This document shows positions 51,597-64,000 of a DNA stretch of 64,000 nucleotides, in pieces. This stretch comes from Octopus vulgaris (lineage: Eukaryota), in contig OX597831.1 in assembly GCA_951406725.2 (NCBI GenBank), positions 45,942,001-46,006,000 on the forward strand. The letters run 5' to 3'. Position numbers and translations under genes: made by a program. Position 1 is the first letter of the stretch. Each line of letters opens with the position of its first letter. The notes beneath the pieces were generated by a model. It made no database searches. It worked only from the letters and a program-made list of their open reading frames with translations, and was not told the DNA's origin.

Positions 51597-51688
51597 TCTT
51601 ATTATTTATCCTTATTAATTTTCTACCAAATTTTTGTTGCTGCTTTTATTTGTTTTTGTACTTAATAGAATTGTTTTCTTCTCTTCAG

Positions 51689-51894
51689 TTTACATGGTGC
51701 TCACCAACTTGGTGCAGATTTCAATTTTGTCCGAACGTGGCTAAGCAGTGCAATCCGAAACAATGAAGTCAGACAGAGTATCACCCAACTCTCTGTTTTC
51801 AGCTACTTGAATGGAATTGTGCTTTTACTCCAAAGACAACCGAAAAAACGAGCTTCTACTCGCTTCACCGACCCTTGTGCTAATGATGATATCA
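51689..51894 (+). CDS. CCDC142: CCDC142-like exon 8 (SLHGAHQLGADFNFVRTWL...LNGIVLLLQRQP...)
   Basis: CTCTTCAG| ... |GTAAGT, 206 nt, phase 2/1; FSL.GA.QL..DF..VR motif. Confidence 0.9.
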
Positions 51895-52224
51895 GTAAGT
51901 AACATCATCATCACCTTTATTATTATTATGATGATGATCGTCATCTTTATGATTATCACTATCATTCTGATCATCATTATGGCCATCATTGTTTTAACAT
52001 CTGCCATGGGTTAAATAAGTTTGTAGTTCAACATATTACCATTACTCTTAATCATGTGTCACCTAGTCTCCGATATCTAAAATCCAGATATGTTTTTATC
52101 ATTTCTTCTTCTCTGCTGTGACTACCATCCATTGTAATTTTTTGTGGCTTTTGTTCCTAAAAGTCATTGTCACACGGAACAGCTCCACATTACATTTTCA
52201 ATCATTCTAACCCTTTCCTAGCTA

Positions 52225-52727
52225 CCGTAAATCCTCGAGTATAGTCTGCCCTTGAGTATAATACGCAGGGGATTTTTAGGGGGCTGTACCTCTGAAAAAC
52301 CTAAACCTTGTGTATAATACGCACCCCTTCTCTAACTTGAGCCAAAGAGGTCTATATAACGTCCTTGGTTTGTAAAAATGTATACGGTAACGTCCTTTAT
52401 TATTATTGTATATATAACATAATGCAGACGTGTAGCATTTTTGTGCATTTTGTTTGCAGAAAATAAAGAAATAACAGTAATAACTTTTAATAAATGTTGC
52501 TTACTGCAAGTTATGGATTATTCTTTTATGACTTCATTGCTTTCAGGCTTAGCTTAAGGTATTTTTGCCCCTGAATGTGTCTGAATAAACATTGCCGGAC
52601 AGCAAATAGAGACTCGGACATTGCTTAGAAAATATCTTTCATTTTTAACCTCGTTTATAGTACGCACTAGGGATTTGGACTTTTAAATTTTGGGGAAAAA
52701 ATGCGGATTATACTCGAAGATTTACGG
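52225..52727. mobile_element. Tc1/mariner-superfamily (pogo/Tc2-like) MITE
   Basis: TA|CCGTAAATCCTCGAGTATA ... TATACTCGAAGATTTACGG|TA. Confidence 0.8.
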
Positions 52728-52794
52728 TATGTTTCCGATCATTCCAACCAAACAAAATCACCTGTTCCAACCTTAACCATTCTATTTCCTTTAA

Positions 52795-53015
52795 CCCTTT
52801 CAATACCAACCCGGCTGAAACTGGCTCTGGCTCTGAGTACAAAATGTCTTGCTTTCATAAAATTTGAATTAAAATCTTCCACCAAACCTTAGTCACAATT
52901 TATGTTCCTAACACTAGCTTAATGATAACTAAGTTATTTTACTAAATTCTTTGTTATATTTAAAGTAATTGAAAGAAACACAGAGCATCTCAAAATAAAT
53001 ACAGTGACGAAAGGG
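52795..53015. mobile_element. piggyBac-like MITE
   Basis: TTAA|CCCTTTC ... GAAAGGG|TTAA. Confidence 0.75.
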
Positions 53016-53523
53016 TTAAACAATGTGCTGCAGTACTAAGTCCTATTCTTGCCAAATCTTCAGATTTCTTTATCTCTGCAAATTTATAGAAACATATATT
53101 AAAAAGCACCCAGTACACTCTGTAAAGTGGTTGGCGTTAGAAAGGCATCCTACCATGGAAACCATGCCAAAAATAGATGACTGGGGCCTGGTGCAACCCT
53201 CTGGTTTACCAGTGCCTGTCAAACCATCCAACCCATGCCTGCATGGAAAACTTACATTAAATGTTGATAATGAAATAATAATGGTGATAGTACATCATGT
53301 TCTTAAATAGGGTAGCCTATCTAATGCTGTCAACTTTCAGCTTACTATTATCATTTCAAACATTTCAGTAGTGATACAGATGATCCAAAACAAGCACCTC
53401 TCACACACCATGTGTTTCTCTTGAGTGCATCCTTCAAGAGGATGCACTCACAACTTAGTGATTGTCAACAGCACTAAGATAAATTACTATACATATCAAC
53501 AAAAGTCTTCTACCACACCCTTT

Positions 53524-54140
53524 TCATCATCATCATTGTTTAACGTCCGCTTTCCATGCTAGCATGGGTTGGATGATTTGACTGAAGAGGCGAACCAAAT
53601 GGCTGCTTAGGCTCCAATCTGATCTGGCAGAGTTTCTACAGCTGGATGTCCTTCCTAATGCCAACCACTCCGAGAGTGTAGTGGGTGCTTTTACATGCCA
53701 CTGGTACGAGGGCCAGTCAGGCGGTGCTGGCAACAGCCACGCTCAAATTGTGCTTTTCATGTGCCACCTGCACAGGAGCCAGTTCAGCGACACTGGCAAT
53801 GACTTCGCTCGAATGTTTTTTCATGTGCCACCAGCACAAGTGCCAGTAAGGCGACACAGGTAATGATCATGCTCGAATGGTGCTTTTTATGTGCCACCGG
53901 CATGGAAGCCAGTTTGTTGGTCTGGCAACGATCATGCTCGGATGGTACTCCTAGCGCTCCACTAGCACAGATGCCAGTCATCGAATTTAATATCAATTTT
54001 GATTTTGATTTCACTTGCCTCAACAGGTCTTCACAAGCAGAATTTAGTGTCCAATGAAGGAAAGGTACGCATTATATAAGTGGGCTGGTTACATCCCTGG
54101 CATAGGACACGAGATTATGGTCTCATTTGGCTTGCCGAGT
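53524..54140 (-). mobile_element. RTE LINE 3'UTR fragment with diverged tandem units
   Basis: Reverse-complement similarity to 27830-28645, including the GGCACNTAAAAAGCAC units. Confidence 0.75.
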
Positions 54141-56829
54141 CTTTAAAAAATGCAAAACACTTAAAAGTCGGGGCTTCGTAATCTCTTGTGATCTTTCATA
54201 GCCAAAATAGAATTTAGTAAGTCTCCTGGACATTACTGTCCTAGGACTTACAGAACCATTTTAACCCAATTTCCATGGAGTATAAGTGATTGAGGTCATA
54301 ACATTCAACTTGAATAGTCTGTCACAGAGTTACTCATTTACAGATGAATGTGTTGGAGCAACATGAAATGAAGTATTTTGCTCAAGAACACAACTCACTG
54401 CCCAATCCAGGAATTGAAACCACAATTTTGCGATCACGTGTGCAACACCCTAACCACTAGGCCATGTGCCTTCTCTAGCCAAAACAGAACCTCAAAGAAA
54501 ATATTTTACTGCTGATTAGTTGCAGGTTCTCTAAAAAGACCAACATTGCAGTAATTCTTGATCATTGAGGATACTTCTGTTACACGCGAAAACATCTTAA
54601 ACTTTATTCAGAGGAAGGCCTCTGACTGATTAACAAAGATTCACTTCTGAACAGGCTGCAGTCACTAAGATCAAGTACAGTTTCTTCTCTATGCATTTTC
54701 GTCAACTACTACAACAGCTTCTGTTCTTCTGGACTAGCTAGCCAAATACTATATCTGACCCTCGGAACTGGCACTAAACATTTTGCTCAGTCATTCTCAT
54801 ACTGCACTGCAACTGTGTTCATTTCCAAAACATCTTGCACTTTGCTAGTTCAGTCAACTAGTTCTTTAAATAGGCAACAGTAATATAGTTTGGAGATGCT
54901 GAGGTCCAACAGGAGTCAGTAGATTTGTCCATCCAACAATGGAACATTATACCTTTAGCATTTAAACTGGCCTTACCTGGTCCAAATATTCTACTTGTTT
55001 TATGTTCAAACTGACCAGATCTAGCTTCTCATGCATATCCTACAATGTCATTCTAGAAATAAACAATCACATCATCAAATTTTCAAAGCTATGAGATAAT
55101 GCATGAGTAATTCAAAAGAATGTGAATAAATAAGCTTTACATTTGACAGAATAATCTGAATGCTAAAAGATCAATAAATAATGGTCATACAATTGACCCT
55201 ATAAGATTTATCACACTTGTGTGAGAAAATAAATTGGTGCAGATATTGATGTATGAATGTCACAACTTCCCATTATCGACTCATCCTGTAAAAATAATCT
55301 TTTGTGCTTAGACAAAATAGAAATCAGTAATAACTGTTTTTTTTTCTTTTACTTATTTCAGTCATTGGATTGCGGCCATGCTGCGGCAGCGCCTTGAAGG
55401 GTTTAGTTGAACAAATTGACATCAGTAATTTTTTTTTCTAAGCCTGGTCTTTTTTTTTTGTTGAACTGCTAAGTTATGGTGATGTAAACAAACCAACACT
55501 GGTTGTCAAGCAGTGGTTGGGGACAAACACAGACATAAAGACACTTGCGCATATATCATTATCATCATCATTTAGCGTCTGCCTTCTGTGCTGTCATGGG
55601 TGGGACAGTTTGACAGGGGCTGGTCTGGCAGAAGCCTGCACCAGACTTCTGTGACTGTTTTTTACAGGATTTTTATAGCTGGATGCCCTTCTTAATACCA
55701 ACCCAGCAGAGTGGACTTAGTGCTTTTTATGTGGCATAAGCACAAGCAAGATCAGTTTTGGCCAGCTTGATGCCCTTCCTATCACCAACCGCTTTACAGT
55801 GTGGACTGGATACTTTTTATGTGGCACCTGCACTGGCAGGGTCACCAAGTAACCTGCAAGAGAAAAATCTTTTGAGAAGGAATGGGGCTTTGGAGGAAGT
55901 GATCTTGTGTCAGATGATGAAAGGTTATAGTGAGACAGAGAGATAGAACAGGTATCTTGCTGTAGGGGAGGTACAGAGTTACTCAGCTAGAGAGAGAGAG
56001 AGAGATCATAAATGAGGACAGACACAGGTGTGCTGCTGCAAAGGAGATACATGGTTACCCAACCTGAGGGAAGTGCAGGAGAAGGAGAGAGAGAATGGGA
56101 GACATCAGGATAGAGATGGTGGCTAAGTGCTAGATAGCAATGATACAGAGAAACGTGGCTGTAAAGACAGGATTGGGGAGTGAGAGGTAGGCATAGTGCA
56201 TGAAGGGGGAAATGTGAGGAAAAGAAGAGATGTAGAGTGGTTTGTTGGGGTAAGGTGTGTGAAAAGCTTTCTTGTCACATGTGGGTGGAACACATCGGAA
56301 GCTAGTAAAAAGCAATGATACAGTGAGACAAGGCTGAGAGGACAGGATTGAAGAGTGGGAGGTATATATGTGTGTGTGTGTATGTATGTATGTATGTATG
56401 TATGTACAATTGGCATTATGAAGGGCATCCAGCCATAAAAACCACACCAAATTGGGCTGGAACCTGGTGTAGCCCTCCAGCTTACCAGTTCCAGTCAAAC
56501 CATCTAACCCATGCCAGCATGGAAAGTGGATGTTAAATGATGATGATGCACATCATATGATTGACCTGTCTATCAGATGTTATGCATCTCTGGTCACAAT
56601 GCACTTTGCATCATTTTAGCTTTTGAATGATGTCACTGCTGGCAAGGCAAGCAGGCCAACATTTCCTCTGATCAGAAAGCCTGTCCATCTACAGGCCTGT
56701 ATCCATGTACAACTGAGTGGACTGGAGCAACATGAAATGAAGTGTTTTGCTTGGTCTCGGAATCAAACCCACAATCACTAGATTGTGAGTGCAACAGCCT
56801 AACCACTGGGCCACACATTTTCACATATA

Positions 56830-57072
56830 CATACACATACATTTTTGCTTTTATTTTTATTCTCTTATTTCCCTTTATACTTCCTATATCCATCTTTTTC
56901 CAAAATAACTCCTTATATTGAACTCTACTATTCTCTAGTTAACTTTCTCATATCATTTTTGATGAAGGGGTATCCCTAATATCCCAGAAACAGCTGTAAG
57001 ACTACCTTTCTCTTTATAAATATCCTATAAATTCCACACAGCCTTGGCTTTGATGTCTCATTATATTTAACA
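56830..57072 (+). mobile_element. Penelope-like terminal repeat with minimal hammerhead motif (56956-57001)
   Basis: TTGATGA A GGGGTAT-cccta-ATATCCC A GAAA CAGCTG TA AGA; palindromic helix III, GUA triplet; left boundary approximate. Confidence 0.55.
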
Positions 57073-57468
57073 TATACATGCACACACAAGACCCGCATTA
57101 GACTCCTCACTCGTATTATTATCGAGAGTCTAACTACGGTCCTCCCGTAGCACTTACATACCATCTTGGGTCTTCTGAATTACAATATCTCTCATATTAT
57201 ATATATATATATATATGATGGGCGTCTTTCAGTTTCTGTCTACCAAATCCACTCAAATGGCTTTGGTCAGCCTAGGGCTATGGAAGAAGACACTTGCTCA
57301 AGGTGCCATGCAATGAGATAGAACCCAGAACCACGTGATTGGGAAGTAAACTTCTTACTACACAGTCACAACTGTGCCTGTTAGTTTTTTTTTTTTGTGT
57401 GTGTGTGTGTGGGTGTGTGCATGTTTTTTTTTTAATAACTGTTTTTTTTTTAATGCTTGTGTTGACAG

Positions 57469-57671
57469 GTTCGGATACTGCTGACAACAATACAGAGAGT
57501 AATCACCGGGGAGCTAATTGTGAAAGTTCTACTGAGACAGAAGTGACAAACGATGAGAAAGACATATGTTCCGTATCAAACACAGATGACTGGCTTGCAC
57601 TGAGAGTGTGTGGTGGCTCTCGCAGTTGGAAATTTCCATCTTGTTTCAATATACAACGTGAAGACACTTAA
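57469..57671 (+). CDS. CCDC142: CCDC142-like last coding exon (...NTDDWLALRVCGGSRSWKFPSCFNIQREDT*)
   Basis: TTGACAG|, phase 1, stop TAA at 57669-57671; N...WLALR......W..P..C terminal motif of CCDC142. Confidence 0.88.
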
Positions 57672-60600
57672 TCAATGTTGACAATAGTATTTTTACAGCA
57701 GGACAAAATGAAATAACTTATTTTATTATGTGTAAGAAGAAAAAAAATGGGGAAAAAAAAAATGAGTGTTTTTTTTCACTTTGTATATACTAATTATGTA
57801 AAAGTGTTGTTTTTATGGAACTCTTATTTATTTCTCTCTCAGAAAACCTAATTCACTTGTGTGTCATTTAAAAAAAAAAAGTATTTTTTATCTATTAGAG
57901 AATGGAAGCAAGCAGGATTGAAAAAATGGGGAACTCCAGACTAAATGCTTAACAGTATTTAGTTTTTGTCCCTTTACAATTGTAACTTGAAATCCCACCA
58001 GGATCAACTTTGCCTTTAAAATAAGTACCAGTTATTATACTGGGTGACATCAATTGAGTATATCCCTCCCCTACAAATTTGTGGCCTTGTGCCTGTATAT
58101 GAAATCCTTATTTTATAGTTAGAATGTTCTGAGTTGGCATAAATATTAGAGTACCCAGACTAAAGGCATTATACCATTTACTATTTTGTTCCTGTGTGCT
58201 CTGAGTTGACTTTGCCTTTTATCTCACTTGGGTTGATAAAATATATATTAGTAAAATATGTACTGGAATTTCTTTTGTTGGTTTGACTTAAGCCTTTGCG
58301 CCTAAGCAAAAACAAAAAAAAATTTTGTTCTTTTAGAATTTTAGCATTAAATACCATAAAAATTGATAAACTCCTTGTGAGTGAAATCCACAACCCAGTT
58401 GTAGCTATTTCAATTCACTTATGCTGCTGATGTTTGAGAAAAGCATGAACATCTCTAAGTCTCATCTCATCCCTTATTCCCAATGAATCTGAACCCTTGT
58501 GCCTATGTAAGAAATCAGTATTTTATCTTTAGAGAAGTTTTAAATTATATTTTATTTATTTATTTAAAAGTGAAAACCAACACATTATGAGGTTGTTGGT
58601 GGTGTCACCATCGGTTACCAGAAATCTGCTCTGATTGAACTAAATGCATAATATATAAACAAAGGTGTCTGGCAGACAGATTTATACATACTACATAATA
58701 ATTATCGTTCACTCATAAGCCATCAGCTGTACTCCCTTAATAACAGGTACTCTACAAGCAGTATTCTCCTGCCTTTAAATCTGGTGTTTGATTTAACCAA
58801 ACCTCATAATGTGAATTACTTTGTAGCTGTAACCTTCATGTCTGCTGTTGGATCTGGTTTCTGTGTTGAAAACAATGACTAATTTAAAGTAAAGATTCCA
58901 ATGATGTATTATCAATTCATGTCTCTTACATAGACAGTATCTTGTTGGCTGCTGTAGTAGCCATCATGTAATATACATACATCTCTCATTGGTTGTTGTC
59001 TTGACTGGTAATATAATATTTTACAGATGGTCTCTCATTGGCTGCAGTGTTGGCAGGTCATGTACAGAAGTACTCTCTCATTGGCTTCTGTTTTAGCAGG
59101 TCATATGACACACTCTAGAAGCTCCCTTGATGACCAAACAAATTGGATGGTACATAAGTATTATATCAAATCTTTTGAATTTTTGAATCATTTAAAAAAA
59201 AAATTTCATTTCACTTACACACACATTATTTATCAACCAATTGCACATGCTGTGTATGTATGGTGAACAACTGTCCTGTTATTTGATTTTTTATTAAATC
59301 CCTGACTAACCCATTTACAGTTTAGCAGTGGGTGTTATGTGAGGGTTGAGGACCGGCTGAGTTGAAGAAGATAATGGCTTTTATCTCGTCAGTGACACTA
59401 CACTATATCCGTAGTTGAAATGCTTAACTCTCAATGACTCAGATCACTTAAATGAAAAAGGCACTATATTGTGGTATTTAGTTCATCACTAAAAACAATG
59501 ACAACTGGAATTCAACTCATTTTTTTAGGAAAGTTATCTGTGATAGACTGGCATCCTCTCCAGAGAGAAGTTTCTCTCTCAATGTATAGTATTACAAAAA
59601 CTGAAATTGAGCACTGGTGCAGAGGAATTTTTGTAAAGATTAACTGTAATGAATAGTGTGATTTCAATATGAATCAGTTGATAGGCGCCTATTGAAATTT
59701 AAATTATTAAGTGATGTAAACAAGTTATTTTGAAAGAGCTCATGTCTTTTCAAGTAACACTCTTGAGAGGTGTTTTTTAAATTATTTTTTTATAGTTTAT
59801 TAATAAGGAAAGGCAGCGCCCATGCAGAGCCTTCGAAATTGGTGGTAGAAAGAGAGGAGTTATTCTCAGACTAGATGATAACTGGTTAGAATATATGCAA
59901 CTGGGTGGGCTCTACTAACAGCACCCATGGACCAGGTGGTGGGTGTTAAACTAGTCATTAGATTAATTCTACCACCGCAAGACCAGTTACAGTCCATCCA
60001 CTGGGCTTCCACACAATTTCCATCTATTCAGTTGCACTGCCAAGGCTTGTGTTGATTCGAGCCTGTGGTAGAAGATATTGGATCCAAAGTGGTGCAGAGT
60101 AGGACTGAACCTGGAACCATGTGATAGTGATGCAAATTTCTTAACCACACGGGTCATTGAGAAATACTACTGAATGGTGCTTACTCAGTATTGAGCTGTG
60201 TCAATTGAGAATGAAGTGTCCTTGCCATAAATACATGATAATAATATCTGTGACGGGATATACACTTTCGAGCCTTAGAAACAGTGTCCCTCTTACTGAT
60301 GAGGGTGAATGAGGTAGGACACAACTTTTAAGTAGATTTTGGTCCATGGCCCTCTTTTGTTTTGTTTTTTTTATTTGATCTGATCTGATCTCATGGTGTG
60401 TGTGTGCGTGTGTGTGTGTGTGTGTATTAGAATGACTACTTACTGACAGTTTGGAAATTAATTTGTTATGCAACAGCGAAGAAAAGATTTTTGGGGGTCT
60501 GTTCGTCAGTCATTTACACTTATTTATTATTAGTTTGTTAACCTATTTATTATAATTTCAGTGTTGATTTTGGTAATAATTTGTAACAACAAAATCTCCA

Positions 60601-60980
60601 CTGCAGTTGTGCAACACTTTTTAAACAGAGAGGATGAATGTTTAAACAGACTGATTACTGTTAGATTATATTAATAAAGATAATCATCACACCTCATACT
60701 GCTAAATTTCCTTCTTACCATTTCTTATCTGTTTTTTTATTGTTGTCTTTTTATATTTTCTTCTTTTTTCTTCCCTCTGTTGTTGTTGTTGAAGCTCCAG
60801 GTCAACTTTCTTCAAGCAGGTCTGTGAGCAAAGCTTATCAGCCATGACTGTGTTCTTCCATTTTTTAAAGATGTAGTTTGAGTGAATTCACTGCTATTTT
60901 TAGCATGTTGTGTAACCATGTAGAACCTCCATCTCCTTCATGGCCTTTTCTTTCTCTTTGACCTTATATAATGTGTAAAA

Positions 60981-61365
60981 TCTATTATATAAAATACGTT
61001 CTGTCTGTGTGTGTGTCTTCTAGGATCTCAGGCATCCTCCATCCGATTGTGCTCAAATTTGATATGTAGATACCAACGGTATCAGGGCGTGTATAAGTCT
61101 TGAAAAAATTACAAAAATCGATTACATGTGTGAATGCGATCGATAAAGCTGTGGGAACATGCATTTGTACATGCAAGTACATCAGCTGTTGCAATCGATA
61201 CTACACATATGCGAGAAAAATGCACGTGCAGTTGGCGCAAAAAAAAGCCGGCTGGCTTGAAATAATGCCACAAAATGGGACGGTTGGACAAGTTGTTTTG
61301 AGAAAATTTGGTTTAAATGTTTGACAACTCAGCACCGACCATTGGACGGGGGGGCGTTTTGCTCG
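60981..61365 (+). mobile_element. Helitron-like non-autonomous element
   Basis: A|TCTATTATATAAAA...TCTGTCTGTGTGTG start; degenerate CCG..CGG hairpin and CTCG|T end. Confidence 0.5.
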
Positions 61366-61937
61366 TATCAGTATATAGAAGAAAAGAAACTGTTGGTCTT
61401 TTTCATCTTATTCAAGATTAAGGAGCAAGTTTGACTAGTTTACATCTGCACAGCTCATCATGATTTGAGTCAATTCCTACTTTCTCTTAATTACTGCTCT
61501 CTTAGGAGTGCCAATCATAAGACTGAATGTGAGAAAGCCAAAGAAAAATCTGCATATGCAGAGACACCAAATTTTGGAGTGCACTTTGAGTTATGAGTGC
61601 AGCTAGGACAGTGGAGGTGCATTATAGAATAAGAGAGATTGCAATCTCAGAGAAGAACAAGGGTGTGTGATTTGCATATTAGTAAGAGATAATAATGGTA
61701 TCTAGATTTTAAGTTGGAGTTCATGGATATTCGGGAAGAAGAAGGAAAATTGTTCAGTTCCTAAAGCTAGTTTATCAGGATGAAGAAAATAATGTAGCTG
61801 TAAAGAATTCATAAAGTGAATGTTTAAAAATGCTGAAAAATTTCACTGGAAAATGAAACATGGTTGGATGACAATATTGTTGACGATGTAATGAATATGA
61901 GAAATTACAAATTTATGCAGAAGGTTAGCAATGCTTA

Positions 61938-62347
61938 ACTCTTTTACTCTTTACTCTTTTACTTGTTTCAGTCATTTGACTGCGGCCATGCTGGAGCACC
62001 GCCTTTAGTCGAGCAACTCGACCCCGGGACTTAATCTTTTGTAAGCCCAGTACTTATTCTATCAGTCTCTTTTGCCGAACCGCTAAGTGACGGGGACATA
62101 AACACACCAGCATCGGTTGTCAAGCAATGCTAGGGGGACAAACACACTCACACAAACACACACACGCATATATATACATATATACGACGGGCTTCTTTCA
62201 GTTTCCGTCTACCAAATCCACTCACAAGGCTTTGGTCGGCCCGAGGCTATAGTAGAAGACACTTGCCCAAGGTGCCACGCAGTGGGACTGAACCCGGAAC
62301 CATGTGGTTGGTAAACAAGCTACTTACCACACAGCCACTCCTGCGCC
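61938..62347 (-). mobile_element. Young full-length CORE-type SINE
   Basis: Nearly all CpGs intact; (CTCTTTTA)n tail. Confidence 0.88.
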
Positions 62348-62594
62348 TATTAACGTGAAAATTTAGTAATTTACATTAACCCTATTTTAGTATTGAAACT
62401 GTCCATATCTGACCAAAATATTCTAAGACACTTGCCCAAGGTGCCACGCAGTGGGACTGAACCCGGAACCATGTGGTTGGTAAACAAGCTACTTACCACA
62501 CAGCCACTCCTGCGCCTATTAACGTGAAAATTTAGTAATTTACATTAACCCTATTTTAGTATTGAAACTGTCCATATCTGACCAAAATATTCTA
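62257..62594. repeat. Perfect 169-bp tandem duplication
   Basis: 62257-62425 equals 62426-62594. Confidence 0.9.
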
Positions 62595-63393
62595 TTTGTT
62601 TTATGTTCAAACTAGCCAGATCTGACTTCTTACACTTACCCTATAATGTTTTACCAAAAATAAACAATTGCATCATTGAAATCTCAAAGCTACAAGATAA
62701 TGTACAATTGATTCAAGACTCTTTGGCACTTTGGGCCAGTCTCTTCTACTACAGCCTCAGGCTGACCAAAGCCTTGTGAGTGGATTTGATAGATGGAAAC
62801 TGAAAGAAGTCCATTGTGTGTATATTTGTATTAGGTGCTTATGTGTGTGTCTGTTTGTTCCCCCCCACCCTCATCACTTGTAACTAGTGGCTTTGGCTCA
62901 AGAGATCAATAGAATAAGTACTAGGCTTACAAAGAATAAGTCCTGGGTTCAATTTTGTTTGACTAAAACCCTTTACAGTGGTGCTTCAGCATGGCTGCAA
63001 TCAAAAGACTGAAACAAGTAAAAAAAAATTTACATTTCACAGAGTAATCTAAATGCTAAAGGATCAAGCAACACAGCAAATTTATGGTGCTGCTAGCGAG
63101 GCACACAACAGATCATGCTCAATTAAGAAACAATCAACCAAGATTTATAATGGTTACATTTGACAGATGTAGTCTGAATGCTAAAGAGATAAAGATAAAA
63201 TCTCTTTTGAAGTATCAAAGCCTTTTAGTACAGAATCTCTTGAAGTTGTTTGAGTTAAAATAACCATAGGGGAGAATAAGATTTTATTTAGTAATTTATA
63301 AAGATACAAGCATGACTTTGTGGCTAAGAAGTTTGCTTTGCAACCACATGGGTTTAGGTTCAGCCCTGCATGGCACCTAAAACAAGTGTCTTC

Positions 63394-63852
63394 GGATCTT
63401 TACCTTTTGACCAGCAGATTTAGAAAATAATATTTCATCTCAGTTACGTTTGTATGAATAAACGAGTGTATCTGAAACCTGTTTACTTCATGGCACCACC
63501 ATAATAGTTCATGCTTCATTTTTCATTTTTTGCCGTAACTCTAACCCTAAATTCAGTACAAACGCACAAATGATGTAATAAATAACAGTGACAAACGAAA
63601 TATACTCCGACAATAGTTGTTGTTGACAAACAACAGCAGTAATTTTATTCAGCTGAATACACGTCATTGATTGGTTGAAATTACCGAAATACGTAACTTA
63701 AAAATGAAATAACTTCGTAAATATAAACTTTTCTCAAAAATGCTAAGAGTAAAAGATATTTTATATGACACATTCTACCAGTATACGAAGTTTGAAAGTG
63801 TTTAGTTACAGAAAATTATTTTCTAAATTTGCTAGTCAAAAGGTAAAGATCC
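63394..63852. mobile_element. Merlin-like MITE nested in a CORE SINE
   Basis: TIR GGATCTTTACCTTTTGAC.AGCA; TSD GTGTCTTC/ATGTCTTC; host SINE continues on both sides. Confidence 0.8.
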
Positions 63853-64000
63853 ATGTCTTCTTCTATTGCCCAGGGCTGACCAATGCCTTGTGAGTGAGTT
63901 TGGTTGATAGAAACTGTGGAAGCCCATCATGTGTGTGTGTGTGTCTTTGTGATTGTCTCCACCACCAGTGTTGGCTTGATAATGTCCCCATAACTTAGCA

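Noticed and set aside
53422-53450. 12-bp perfect hairpin TGAGTGCATCCT/AGGATGCACTCA
   Set aside because: Isolated and too short for a pre-miRNA call; no supporting context.

Overview
AT-rich, repeat-dense animal genomic DNA; the SINE/LINE families point to an octopus-like cephalopod (inference). There are two divergently oriented genes. (1) A complete CCDC142-like gene on + has nine coding exons (34602-57671), all GT-AG and phase-consistent, totalling 2889 nt (962 aa). (2) Part of an alpha/epsilon-sarcoglycan-like gene on - has a transmembrane exon (4306-4528, apparently one base short) and a 27-nt microexon (319-345); I could not find its extracellular-domain exons. The rest is tRNA-derived SINEs, 5'-truncated RTE and CR1 LINEs, Helitron-like elements, hAT/piggyBac/Tc1-mariner/Merlin-like MITEs, a decayed hAT transposase and microsatellites. 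The most striking item is a palindromic, TSD-flanked element (31760-32270, short copy 21304-21444) that fuses a tRNA-like Pol III head to a Penelope-type minimal hammerhead ribozyme. Two other hammerhead-bearing Penelope-like ends and several locally templated inverted insertions also occur.
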